UHGV virus genome: UHGV-0130462
Strand: one strand, 5' to 3'
Source: a virus
DNA length: 38,884 nt
Part shown: piece after piece, positions 28,079 to 36,325 of the stretch
How the letters are laid out: each line of letters starts with the position of its first letter
Numbering within the stretch: position 1 is the first letter of the stretch
Translations under genes and position numbers: made by a program
The notes under the pieces: model-generated
The model's input: only the letters and a program-made list of their open reading frames with translations
What the model was told of the DNA's origin: nothing
Databases searched by the model: none

Positions 28079-28278
28079 TCCGCAAGTGTAATAACAAGCA
28101 TCGGATTACTGCTGCTTTCAATCTTCCGCATTGCTTCATACGCTAAATGCCCTTTAAATTTGCGCTTTAATAGCCCTGCACACTTCCTGACGGCGTTATT
28201 AGATCTATGGATAGACCAACATAGCTTGAGTGTTGTTAATGCGCTCATAAACGCTTCTGCTTCGTTTTTCATCTCCAC
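28060..28278 (-). CDS. hypothetical nin-region protein
   Basis: ORF track; overlapping arrangement with neighbours. Confidence 0.4.
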   Translation of the reverse strand: MEMKNEAEAFMSALTTLKLCWSIHRSNNAVRKCAGLLKRKFKGHLAYEAMRKIESSSNPMLVITLAEWELEK

Positions 28279-28466
28279 ATCCTATTAATCATTGCTCGTG
28301 GTGTTGGCTTGAGCCATTTTTGGGTGGGTAGGTTGACTGATACATCGAAATTTTTCGGGTTAATATTGAGCATTTTGACTGGGGAATAACCTTGTCGCTT
28401 GTAATGCTCACAAAGTCTTTCTGCTTCTTCGTAAGTGAGAAGCTTGTGTATGTGAGGTTCTTTCAT
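28269..28466 (-). CDS. hypothetical nin-region protein
   Basis: ORF track; overlapping arrangement with neighbours. Confidence 0.4.
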   Translation of the reverse strand: MKEPHIHKLLTYEEAERLCEHYKRQGYSPVKMLNINPKNFDVSVNLPTQKWLKPTPRAMINRMWR

Positions 28467-28912
28467 CTCTCTTGCTGCTCCTTGAGTTTCATGTATTCGC
28501 TGTCGTTTGGGATGATGATTGGAATGCCTTTTTCAATACACCATGCTTCGTGTTTCTCCATCATGTAGAGCATCCGTGCTTTATCCATCTTGCGGGTTTT
28601 CTCACGCTCTCCGTTTTCATCACGACCTAGCCAGTGACCAACAAAATACTCATGCGTTTCTTCGTTAGTGATTGGCTTTGATAGAACAACCTCACCAGCG
28701 CCATTTTTAATATCAATGACAACGCCACGCGCACGCAGCCAATCGCCTGTGGTTTCTATCCACATACGCCATGTTTTGTTCATTGGTATTGTTCTGAGTT
28801 CACGCCATTCGGTGATTTTGATTCGGTAACGCTTACCAGTTTCTGTTACTTCTGAGAGAGTTTTGAAAATGCCTTTTAGATTGGATTTATGGAGACAGAT
28901 ATCATCCGTCAA
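28463..28912 (-). CDS. ninB: NinB / Orf-family recombination mediator (putative)
   Basis: Position at the head of the nin region and a ...NKTWRMW... motif reminiscent of lambda NinB (DQNRKLW). Confidence 0.5.
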   Translation of the reverse strand: MTDDICLHKSNLKGIFKTLSEVTETGKRYRIKITEWRELRTIPMNKTWRMWIETTGDWLRARGVVIDIKNGAGEVVLSKPITNEETHEYFVGHWLGRDENGEREKTRKMDKARMLYMMEKHEAWCIEKGIPIIIPNDSEYMKLKEQQER

Positions 28913-28935
28913 TTAAACCTCCATATCACTCACTG

Positions 28936-29328
28936 TTAGCTCTCCTGCTGATACTGTTCAAACCAGAAAACAACCGGTTTATCGACCAATTCAATCAATC
29001 CAAACCTTTCAGCCGTTCTGAAATTAACAGATGATTTTCTAGCCCTATCAGCTTGTTTTTTGATTTCTTCTCGAAACACTTCAATGCTATAAACAGATTT
29101 AAATAGATTGCAGGGTGCGCATGCAGGAACAAGGTTGTCCTCTGTGTCTTTTTCAGGATTAAAACACTCTCCTGTTACTACTATTTTTCCGTTAATTCTG
29201 TCGATTTTTCTGTAAATAGGCTCTACGTGATCCGCGTGCCAACCTTTTTCTGGTAACTCACAACCACAGTAAGCGCATCGACCACCGAATAGCATCCGTA
29301 GATTTTCACGTTGTTTTTTAGTCATCAT
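28936..29328 (-). CDS. HNH endonuclease
   Basis: CAYCGC...GWHADHVEP...CAPCN layout. Confidence 0.8.
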   Translation of the reverse strand: MMTKKQRENLRMLFGGRCAYCGCELPEKGWHADHVEPIYRKIDRINGKIVVTGECFNPEKDTEDNLVPACAPCNLFKSVYSIEVFREEIKKQADRARKSSVNFRTAERFGLIELVDKPVVFWFEQYQQES

Positions 29329-29570
29329 TCACCCTCTGGCATTGGTGGGAGCGGCAGGTCTTTGATGTACATCCAGTAGTCGAATGTTTCCAATGGATCC
29401 GAATCATAGTCGCTGTTATTGTGTGGTATCCATCTAAGTTCTTCGCAGTCAACACCACATGAAATTAGCTCGTATGTTATGTTCTGGATATGTTCGCCAT
29501 AGATAACAATTACCGCCTCGCCTTCGGTTGGTAATTTGTCCTTTGTCTTAACCCAATTAGTTCCCTGCAT
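29325..29570 (-). CDS. DUF551-like phage protein
   Basis: NWVKTKDKLPTEGE...VIVIY...DYWMYIKDLPLPP pattern typical of DUF551. Confidence 0.45.
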   Translation of the reverse strand: MQGTNWVKTKDKLPTEGEAVIVIYGEHIQNITYELISCGVDCEELRWIPHNNSDYDSDPLETFDYWMYIKDLPLPPMPEGE

Positions 29571-29850
29571 TAGATGCCTCCTCCCCTATCAGTGGCTCAA
29601 ATGAAACCAACTCAAATGTAATTTCACGATGGTAATCGTAATAATCATTAGTTGGTTTTAGCGTATAGACCCCCTCACCCTGAAAGTAATCTTCTCCGGT
29701 CAAAACCATTGATATTTCTTCTTGAAACTCTCGAATGTCAGTTGCGTCAAAATCACCATGGCAACCCTTTAAATAGACCTCGTTTTCGTCATCAACAGCG
29801 TGATGAATTACAACAATAGTTCCAAATGGGATTTCCTTTTGCTTGTTCAT
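29557..29850 (-). CDS. hypothetical protein
   Basis: ORF track. Confidence 0.4.
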   Translation of the reverse strand: MNKQKEIPFGTIVVIHHAVDDENEVYLKGCHGDFDATDIREFQEEISMVLTGEDYFQGEGVYTLKPTNDYYDYHREITFELVSFEPLIGEEASNAGN

Positions 29851-29869
29851 CTAAAAATCCTCTTGCGTG

Positions 29870-31240
29870 TTAAACGTTGGCACCTTGGAATCGCCGTTGT
29901 TGTGGTCTGCTACTTTGTTGACAGATGCTAGATGCTTGAGCCTGATCGGTGTCAAGAAAATGACCGTTTTTAAATAATTGATAGACAGTACCCAGTTTCC
30001 CAAATCGGTTTTTTGTCACAATTATTTCTGCGTAAGCTGCTGCGGGGGAGTTCTCGTTATAGACTGCATCGCGGTAAAGCATGATGATGCTATCTGCATC
30101 TTGCTCTACGCTTCCTGAGTCTCTTAAATCCGCATTGGTAGGTCGTTTGTTAGGTCTCTTTTCAACATCACGAGATAACTGGCTTAGTGAAATAACAGGC
30201 GTTCTGATGTTTTTAGCCAACCCTTTCAGCGTTGCTGAAATATGAGCAATAGCCAAATCGTTACGCTCTGCGCGAGGTTTCTCAATCAACCCTAAGTAAT
30301 CAACCATGATTAACGATAATTCAGGGTGACGTTTCTTGTGTCGTGTTGAAATTGCAGTGATTTGTTCAACGGTTAACTTACTGGCATCGACAACCCAAAC
30401 ATTCAGTCCAAGTAAATTACCTGCCCCCATTGATACCCTGCCCCAATCTTCGTCACTCATACGAGATGGGTTTCTCAATGCGCTAACAGATAGATTTGCG
30501 GATCCTGCAATCTGACGCTCTACGATTTGCTGGGAGTCCATTTCCATGGAGAAAATTAAAACTCCTTTTTTGGTGTCAGATCCGATAACATTTTGAGAGG
30601 CAACACCTTCTGTAATTTTCAGCGCGATTTCTGTTTTACCCATTCCTGGTCGAGCGGCAATGATGACCAGGTCAACAGGATTGATACCTCCCATAATTTC
30701 ATCTAATTCGCGGATCCCCGTTTTTAACGTGTCCGACTCCTCGCCTTTGTTAACACGCTCTTGTAAAACTTCCGTGTAATCTTCGATTAACGATGACACA
30801 TGGACTGGTGCGATATCACCTTTCGAAGAATGCATATCAGATGCCTGAGCAAGAAAACTTTCCATTGCCTCACTGGCTTGCTCAATAGTTCCGTTCTCAA
30901 TCACACCGCGCACAGAATCCATTAACTGGATCATAGCTCTACGGTTATGATTATCGGTCACCATCTTGGCATAGCCTTTCAGGTTGGCTGCGCTAGGGCA
31001 ATCCTTGGCTGTTTGAATGATGTTTGCTAGGTGTTCACTTCCCATTCCTTCAGCAACCATCATCATATCGATGACACCGCGAGACTTGGCTTGTTTTTGA
31101 ATAACTTGATAGGCTTCTCGATAGAACCTAACTGAAAATGATTCAGGCTCTAAAGTGGCCAAAACATCCGAGGCATCAGGTGTTAACCCTGAAATTAACA
31201 AACCGCCAATAACACTTGCTTCAAATTCCGTATTGATCAC
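29870..31240 (-). CDS. replicative DNA helicase (DnaB-like; P22 gp12 position)
   Basis: Walker [10 protein letters not shown] and DnaB C-terminal domain motifs; follows the O-like initiator. Confidence 0.9.
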   Translation of the reverse strand: MINTEFEASVIGGLLISGLTPDASDVLATLEPESFSVRFYREAYQVIQKQAKSRGVIDMMMVAEGMGSEHLANIIQTAKDCPSAANLKGYAKMVTDNHNRRAMIQLMDSVRGVIENGTIEQASEAMESFLAQASDMHSSKGDIAPVHVSSLIEDYTEVLQERVNKGEESDTLKTGIRELDEIMGGINPVDLVIIAARPGMGKTEIALKITEGVASQNVIGSDTKKGVLIFSMEMDSQQIVERQIAGSANLSVSALRNPSRMSDEDWGRVSMGAGNLLGLNVWVVDASKLTVEQITAISTRHKKRHPELSLIMVDYLGLIEKPRAERNDLAIAHISATLKGLAKNIRTPVISLSQLSRDVEKRPNKRPTNADLRDSGSVEQDADSIIMLYRDAVYNENSPAAAYAEIIVTKNRFGKLGTVYQLFKNGHFLDTDQAQASSICQQSSRPQQRRFQGANV

Positions 31241-32077
31241 TTAAAACCCCCTGTCAGCAAATTTACCTTCTCGAACACCCGTCAACGTTGTTTCTCTTAG
31301 CAGATAATCAATGTCAGCCGTCCAGCCTGTGTCGTTTTCACCAAAATAAAATGGCTTAGCCATTCGAACAAAAGCTCTTACGTAGGCTCGCCAACCATCA
31401 ACGTTTGCCGTTGCAAGGTTTTTGATTATCTTCCTGATCCGTGTTTTACGTTTCTCGTTAGCTTCCACAGCGTGAGGTAATCTGTCGCCAACCTCCTCGT
31501 TGTAGGCATTGAGATATTCATCGTAGTTAATTGGAGTTGATTTTCTCTTGGTAGGTTTTACCGATTCTCCCCCTTTCACCTCGTGAGGGGTAAGGGGTGT
31601 ATTACTTTCTTTCTTTTCTTTTGTAATAGTTTCTTTTGTGTGTCCCTGTTTTGGTGACAGCGCTGTCACGCTTTTGGTGACACTTTTTGTCACTGTTTTG
31701 GTGACAATGACACCGTTTTGGTGACACTCATGAATATCCCACTCAGTTAGGTTTTTATTAGGCCCTATCGCCATACCAACTTTCACTATAACTTTCATAG
31801 CGATAAGCTCATTTTTTGCCTTGTTAACTTTCTGCCTTGGTAGTCTAGTTAACTCTGCCAACTGACTGTCTGATATGCGGTCTGTTTTCTTATTAAACCC
31901 ATAAGTTTTCCTGCAAATAGCATGAGCAACTTTTGCCTGATTCTTTGTTAGGTTTGCGCCAATTAATTCTTCGTAAAGCTCATTAGCTAATTTTGTATAG
32001 CCATTATCAAGATCTGCCACGTTAGGCCTCTCTTGCCGTCGTTGATTACCAAAATCTGCATATGCAACATTACTCAT
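31241..32077 (-). CDS. replication initiator, lambda O-like
   Basis: N-terminus (...NVADLDNGYTKLANELYEEL...LTKNQAKVAHAICRKTYGFNKKTDRISDSQLAELT...) parallels the lambda O N-terminal domain; iteron array inside the gene. Confidence 0.85.
   Translation of the reverse strand: MSNVAYADFGNQRRQERPNVADLDNGYTKLANELYEELIGANLTKNQAKVAHAICRKTYGFNKKTDRISDSQLAELTRLPRQKVNKAKNELIAMKVIVKVGMAIGPNKNLTEWDIHECHQNGVIVTKTVTKSVTKSVTALSPKQGHTKETITKEKKESNTPLTPHEVKGGESVKPTKRKSTPINYDEYLNAYNEEVGDRLPHAVEANEKRKTRIRKIIKNLATANVDGWRAYVRAFVRMAKPFYFGENDTGWTADIDYLLRETTLTGVREGKFADRGF
31649..31726. repeat. origin iterons: four direct TTTTGGTGACA repeats at 20-24 bp spacing inside the O-like gene, next to an AT-rich tract
   Basis: Read directly at 31649, 31672, 31696 and 31716; partial inverted TGTCAC/GTGACA elements. 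Confidence 0.75.
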
Positions 32078-32246
32078 GCGATCCTCCTAGTAATTTCTCA
32101 CGATGCTCATTTCTCAATTTTGCATCTTCGAATGCTTCCTTTAGACGTTTACTTCCTAACGGTGTCACTTCTCGTAACGTCTTATCTCGCATGATGTTTT
32201 TATGCACTTCGTGACGATTAAACCAATGATTAACTTTCTTCTTCAT
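32070..32246 (-). CDS. hypothetical small basic protein (58 aa) between cII-like and O
   Basis: ATG 32246; its stop overlaps the O start (ATGAGTAA); below the ORF-track cutoff. Confidence 0.35.
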   Translation of the reverse strand: MKKKVNHWFNRHEVHKNIMRDKTLREVTPLGSKRLKEAFEDAKLRNEHREKLLGGSHE

Positions 32247-32279
32247 GGTATAATTTCCTTATTCCTAAGCTGTATCAGC

Positions 32280-32306
32280 AAAAGGAAAGCTCAAAATCAG
32301 CTTCCC
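32280..32306 (-). terminator. rho-independent terminator downstream of the cII-like gene
   Basis: Minus-strand RNA: GGGAAGCU-GAUUUUG-AGCUUUCC followed by a U run. Confidence 0.45.
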
Positions 32307-32363
32307 TTTAATGCTGGTTATTGATACAGTGTATTTGTTAGTTTAAATGGTTAAGTCCATTTG

Positions 32364-32690
32364 TTAATGCGCCTCGGTTGCTCCAACAATCGGGGCGTTT
32401 TCTTTTGTTCTCACCTGAGAAAGTTCACCTATTTGTTTCCATAAAAAGCGGTATTCTTCCTCTGATATTTTCCTCTCTCCTTCCATCACAAAATCGACTA
32501 TCCCTGATGCGACTAATGTCTCGCATATCTCAGGATATTTTTCAGTTCTGCGTAGAATGGTTGAGTCATGAACACCTAATGTTTTAGCGACCACCGACTG
32601 AGTTTTATTTCTCAATGCCTGTAATGCCGAAGCCATCAAGTGATTTGAAATGAATTTATTAAATTGTTTGCGTGTATTTGTGTATTCCAT
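32364..32690 (-). CDS. CII-like transcriptional activator (HTH)
   Basis: Position after cro and HTH segment ALRNKTQSVVAKTLGVHDSTILR. Confidence 0.5.
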   Translation of the reverse strand: MEYTNTRKQFNKFISNHLMASALQALRNKTQSVVAKTLGVHDSTILRRTEKYPEICETLVASGIVDFVMEGERKISEEEYRFLWKQIGELSQVRTKENAPIVGATEAH

Positions 32691-32779
32691 GGTTTAATTT
32701 CCTTATTAAATTACTTCTCGTTAGAGAACAGCAGTAATGATCCGTGGCTCATTCCATATGAGCGGATTGTTGATATGTT

Positions 32780-32813
32780 CCACAATGGCGGAACCTAAAT
32801 TGTGAAAAGAGCG
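32780..32813 (-). promoter_or_regulatory. nutR: boxA (CGCTCTTTT) plus boxB-like hairpin (CCGCCAUUGUGG)
   Basis: Minus strand, just downstream of the cro stop; same two elements recur at nutL. Confidence 0.5.
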
Positions 32814-32819
32814 GGTAAA

Positions 32820-33038
32820 TCAGTGAAAAATGTCTGGGTATAAAACTTCTTTAGATAATCCAGTAGCCATCATAAATTCACGCATTTTTGTTCTTGGTAG
32901 AGAACCACCGTTCTTTTTGATGGCTGAAATTCGCTGAGGTGTTAAGCCAACCTTTTTCGCGAGGTCTTTTTGCTTTCCACCTACTGCACTTACTGCAATA
33001 TCAATTGGTGTTTGCTTTTCCATTAAGTATAACTCCAT
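32820..33038 (-). CDS. cro: Cro-like repressor
   Basis: 72-aa HTH protein (QKDLAKKVGLTPQRISAIK) divergent from cI across the operator region. Confidence 0.6.
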   Translation of the reverse strand: MELYLMEKQTPIDIAVSAVGGKQKDLAKKVGLTPQRISAIKKNGGSLPRTKMREFMMATGLSKEVLYPDIFH

Positions 33039-33044
33039 GTTTAT

Positions 33045-33121
33045 TTATCAACATAATGTTAATCATTATCGAGCCATAAATCAACATAAAGATGATTGGT
33101 TTAAATAAACAAAATGTTTAT
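33045..33121. promoter_or_regulatory. OR: three dyad-symmetric operator sites sharing (T)CAACAT/ATGTT(G) half-sites, with divergent pR/pRM
   Basis: ATCAACATAATGTTAAT (33047-33063), ATCAACATAAAGATGAT (33080-33096), AAACAAAATGTTT (33107-33119); candidate pRM TTGGTT-17-TATCTT. Confidence 0.55.
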
Positions 33122-33141
33122 CTTTGTGTTCGGAGGTTCGC

Positions 33142-33852
33142 ATGGAACTTAGAGATCGAATTAATTACTTGCTAAAGGCTGAAAATCTAAAGCAAAAGGA
33201 CTTAGCTGAGAAACTAAATGCCAGTGCGCAAACAGTTAATAACTGGCTAAAAAGAAACTCAATTAGCAGGGAAGCAGCGCAACAGATTAGTGATATTTTT
33301 GGTTATTCACTTGACTGGTTACTGATTGGCAAAGGTGAGCCGAAAATAAAAAATATTGGACAATCAGAAATACCTGATGAAAACAAATTTATTCCTCTTC
33401 GAGTTTGGGATAGTCTAACACCTCTTGAGGCAGATGAAGTTGAGGTTCCTTTTTTGAAGGATATAGAATTTGCTTGTGGTGATGGATCGTTTACAGACAC
33501 TGATTACAACGGATTTAAACTAAGGTTTTCTAAAGCAACAATGCGGAGGATCGGAGCCAACAGTGACGGAGAAGGTGTGATTTGCTTCCCAGCCAGAGGG
33601 GATAGCATGGAGCCTGTTATATTTAATGGTACTACTGTTGCTGTAAACACTAGAGATAAGAAAATTGTTGATGGTAAAATTTATGCGATAAATCAAGGTG
33701 GGCTAAAAAGAGTGAAAATGCTTCATCAAACCACGCCTAAAACATTAACAATTCGTAGCTTCAATAAAATTGACTACCCAGACGAAGAAGTGCCAATAGA
33801 GGCAATAGAGATCATCGGTAGAGTTTTCTGGTGGTCTGTATTAGACGTCTAA
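33142..33852 (+). CDS. cI: CI-type prophage repressor (HTH plus LexA-like S24 autopeptidase domain)
   Basis: N-terminal HTH (LKQKDLAEKLNASAQTVNNWL) and C-terminal GDSMEP ... LKRVK catalytic Ser/Lys; GGAGG 6 nt upstream of ATG 33142. Confidence 0.9.
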   Translation: MELRDRINYLLKAENLKQKDLAEKLNASAQTVNNWLKRNSISREAAQQISDIFGYSLDWLLIGKGEPKIKNIGQSEIPDENKFIPLRVWDSLTPLEADEVEVPFLKDIEFACGDGSFTDTDYNGFKLRFSKATMRRIGANSDGEGVICFPARGDSMEPVIFNGTTVAVNTRDKKIVDGKIYAINQGGLKRVKMLHQTTPKTLTIRSFNKIDYPDEEVPIEAIEIIGRVFWWSVLDV

Positions 33853-33868
33853 TCAGCACTAACAAATG

Positions 33869-33897
33869 AAGCCACTTAACAAAAGTGGCTTTTTTTA
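33869..33897 (+). terminator. rho-independent terminator after cI
   Basis: AAGCCACUU-AACAA-AAGUGGCUU perfect 9-bp stem followed by U6. Confidence 0.65.
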
Positions 33898-33954
33898 TGC
33901 TCAAAATACACCTCTCGTATATCAAATGTTTATTTTTACAAAATAAATCCCTTT

Positions 33955-34032
33955 TAAAATCAACACAAAATCAACTTTTTCAGAAAATAAATCAACATAG
34001 AGTTGACTTTAAAATCAACATAATGTTTAATT
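33955..34032 (+). promoter_or_regulatory. OL operators and pL promoter
   Basis: Repeated AAATCAAC motifs including dyads TCAAC-ATAGA-GTTGA and ATCAACATAATGTT; TTGACT (34003-34008), 17-nt spacer, TTTAAT (34026-34031). Confidence 0.55.
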
Positions 34033-34072
34033 AACTCATCGAAGGCAAGGAGCCATAGATAAACAGGATGTT

Positions 34073-34106
34073 CGCTCTTTTACAAATTAACTCCCGCCAT
34101 TGTGGG
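34073..34106 (+). promoter_or_regulatory. nutL: boxA (CGCTCTTTT) plus boxB-like hairpin (CCCGCCAUUGUGGG)
   Basis: About 40 nt downstream of the pL -10; same elements as nutR. Confidence 0.5.
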
Positions 34107-34345
34107 AAAGTTTCAAAACTCCAAGTGAGTATTGGGATGCGGTTACGCTGAACCAGATGCAAGCAAAACCAATGTCAGACGGTGTGAGTCCGTCGAGTAA
34201 TAACAACGCTGTTGATCATTAACTTAGGAAGGTGAACAGCAAATAAAGTGGTGTTATTGCAGAGGATGCAAGCAAGGCTGACAAGACAGTTCGAGACTGA
34301 TAGCCAATGACCGCATCACCAATACTTACTAACCGAGGGTAAATT

Positions 34346-34618
34346 ATGGCTCAAATTACTTACTTACCGCGCACTGGTAAGACAAATTCAAAGATGCGTC
34401 GTTATATCGCTAGAGGAGAATTAATGGCGCGTAAGGCTTTAGAGGAAGCTAATCGCGGTCGCACTACTGAGGAAATTTGGGATTCAATCATTAAACCAGT
34501 TGATGAAACAGATGTGCTAGCAAGTTTGGTGTTAAGTCTTAAATCATCACCAGATGCACGCAAAACATTAAAACTGAAAAAACAGCCGAGCAGTGAGTTC
34601 GGGGTTACGGCGAGATAA
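34346..34618 (+). CDS. N-like antitermination protein (P22 gp24-like)
   Basis: MAQITY...GKTNSKMRRY arginine-rich N-terminus and ...VTAR C-terminus parallel P22 gp24; first gene after pL/nutL. Confidence 0.6.
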   Translation: MAQITYLPRTGKTNSKMRRYIARGELMARKALEEANRGRTTEEIWDSIIKPVDETDVLASLVLSLKSSPDARKTLKLKKQPSSEFGVTAR

Positions 34619-34632
34619 ATAGGAGAAGTAAG

Positions 34633-34950
34633 ATGAAATTTGAAGATTTAACAGAAGCGTCTCAAGAATCGGCTCGTGCGGTTCTATCAGCCATGCTAGT
34701 TGATAGTTATCGACGCAATTTTAAATTAACTCGTGATGATATTTTAGAATTAGGTCATAGAGTTAGAAAGGCATTTGTGACCTTGGAAAGTGAAGAGCCT
34801 AAAGCTGAATTATGTTCTGGTTCAGGTATGTGTAGTGACTTGCATCCTGATGCCTCGTTAAGTGTGGGAGGGCTTGGCATTCAGCAAGGGCATGGAATTG
34901 CTATGAGTGAAAATAACGCAAATCAGTTAAGAAAAAAAGGAATGCTTTAG
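34633..34950 (+). CDS. hypothetical early-left protein
   Basis: ORF track. Confidence 0.5.
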   Translation: MKFEDLTEASQESARAVLSAMLVDSYRRNFKLTRDDILELGHRVRKAFVTLESEEPKAELCSGSGMCSDLHPDASLSVGGLGIQQGHGIAMSENNANQLRKKGML

Positions 34951-34961
34951 TTAACTAAAAT

Positions 34962-35573
34962 TCATTTATTAAAATATCCAGTGAATTGCCTAACGCATTC
35001 TGAGTAATAATCGGGATTAATTATAAACTCATTGGTATGTCTCATACTCAAATGCTTTGACGAATCATGGAGAATGTCTTTATCCAACAGTGAGTTAATA
35101 ACAGGGTCATTTCTTTTCCCGCCTAGAAATTCCTTTCCAGTGTCAATGAACATGGCTAGGTAATCCTTTTCATCCTCAGAAAGGCTTGAAATAACAAATG
35201 ATATTTTGTGCTGATTATTACGCTTTATTGATTTTAACTTTACGGAATTAATTATACCAAAAGTTAATAAATATATTCTTTTTGTTATATCTGAAAGAAA
35301 GAAGCTAACAGGAATAATAAAAAGAACAGCATTGATATTATTTACCGAGCCAAAAATTGGCTTTGCGTTAAGAAAATCAAAGAATGATTCAGGTAAAAAT
35401 AACCACAAACTGACCAGATATAGCAACCACACCATAGTAAACCTCAGTGAAATTTGGTTTTTCAAATAGGCAATCACTGCCTCAATCCAATTCGGCATGG
35501 TTGATAATCTCTTATTCTGTAGGGGTAAGTGGATTATAGCCGATTTCTCGATGTAGGGGTACACGAGAACCAC
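34962..35573 (-). CDS. AT-rich membrane protein (two N-terminal TM helices plus soluble C-terminal domain), transcribed against the pL operon; superinfection-exclusion or abortive-infection candidate
   Basis: ORF track; hydrophobic segments FTMVWLLYLVSLWLFL and INAVLFIIPVSFFL; convergent with the upstream plus-strand gene, divergent from the next; strongly AT-rich. An alternative GTG start at 35564 has a GAGGTG site upstream. Confidence 0.6.
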   Translation of the reverse strand: MVLVYPYIEKSAIIHLPLQNKRLSTMPNWIEAVIAYLKNQISLRFTMVWLLYLVSLWLFLPESFFDFLNAKPIFGSVNNINAVLFIIPVSFFLSDITKRIYLLTFGIINSVKLKSIKRNNQHKISFVISSLSEDEKDYLAMFIDTGKEFLGGKRNDPVINSLLDKDILHDSSKHLSMRHTNEFIINPDYYSECVRQFTGYFNK

Positions 35574-35664
35574 CTCGCCTGACGTGGCTAAAAGCAGGCG
35601 CAGTTAACTAATTACAGTCCATTCTGTGGGCTGTGGTGAGTTGATTAATAGATAGGAGATAGAT

Positions 35665-35853
35665 ATGGATATTACGATTTTGTGCTCATCTGCTGATTGC
35701 AGTTCAGGGGTTGGAATAATGGAGGTAAAGGTCATCGATGTGGCTGATATTTCAATTCCAGAAGAATACCAAAATGAAGTGCTCAGAACCGCTATTAGTG
35801 AAGAAAATATAATTAAATACCTTAAAAGTCAGGGTTATTTAGTTACTTGTTAA
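35665..35853 (+). CDS. hypothetical small protein
   Basis: ORF track; AGGAG upstream. Confidence 0.4.
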   Translation: MDITILCSSADCSSGVGIMEVKVIDVADISIPEEYQNEVLRTAISEENIIKYLKSQGYLVTC

Positions 35854-35866
35854 TAACGGAGGGAGT

Positions 35867-36106
35867 ATGACAGATAAAACAGGTGGAGCGGCTTTTCCTG
35901 CGAGCGGGCATCCAAATATGCAATTTGTAGCTCAGGAAGGTGTGAATATGCGTGATTATCTAGCTGCTAAGGCTATGCAGGGCGATTTAGCTTCACAAAG
36001 CGCAGAACTCGGTCATTTTCCAAATGATGTAGATGATGAATGCTTAATAAAACGCGCTAAATTCTACTACCGCATGGCAGATGCAATGTTAAAAGCTAGG
36101 GGGTGA
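35867..36106 (+). CDS. hypothetical early-left protein
   Basis: ORF track; GGAGG upstream. Confidence 0.5.
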   Translation: MTDKTGGAAFPASGHPNMQFVAQEGVNMRDYLAAKAMQGDLASQSAELGHFPNDVDDECLIKRAKFYYRMADAMLKARG

Positions 36107-36107
36107 T

Positions 36108-36251
36108 ATGAACGAAAAATATAACGGAGGAGTTAAGCCTGATAATACAAAAGAAGCTAAAAAGCTCAATCGTGATTATCAAGTTAAACGCCTAATTGCT
36201 AAAGGCCACACAAAGAAGTTTGCCCGCCAACAAGTTAAACGCATTAAATAG
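36108..36251 (+). CDS. hypothetical small basic protein (47 aa)
   Basis: ATG 2 nt after the previous stop; K/R-rich; below the ORF-track cutoff. Confidence 0.35.
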   Translation: MNEKYNGGVKPDNTKEAKKLNRDYQVKRLIAKGHTKKFARQQVKRIK

Positions 36252-36325
36252 CAAGCAGTAACCCATCACTTAATCATTCATATCGCTATTAATAGTGATG
36301 AATACGCACATAAGGGATATAGGAA

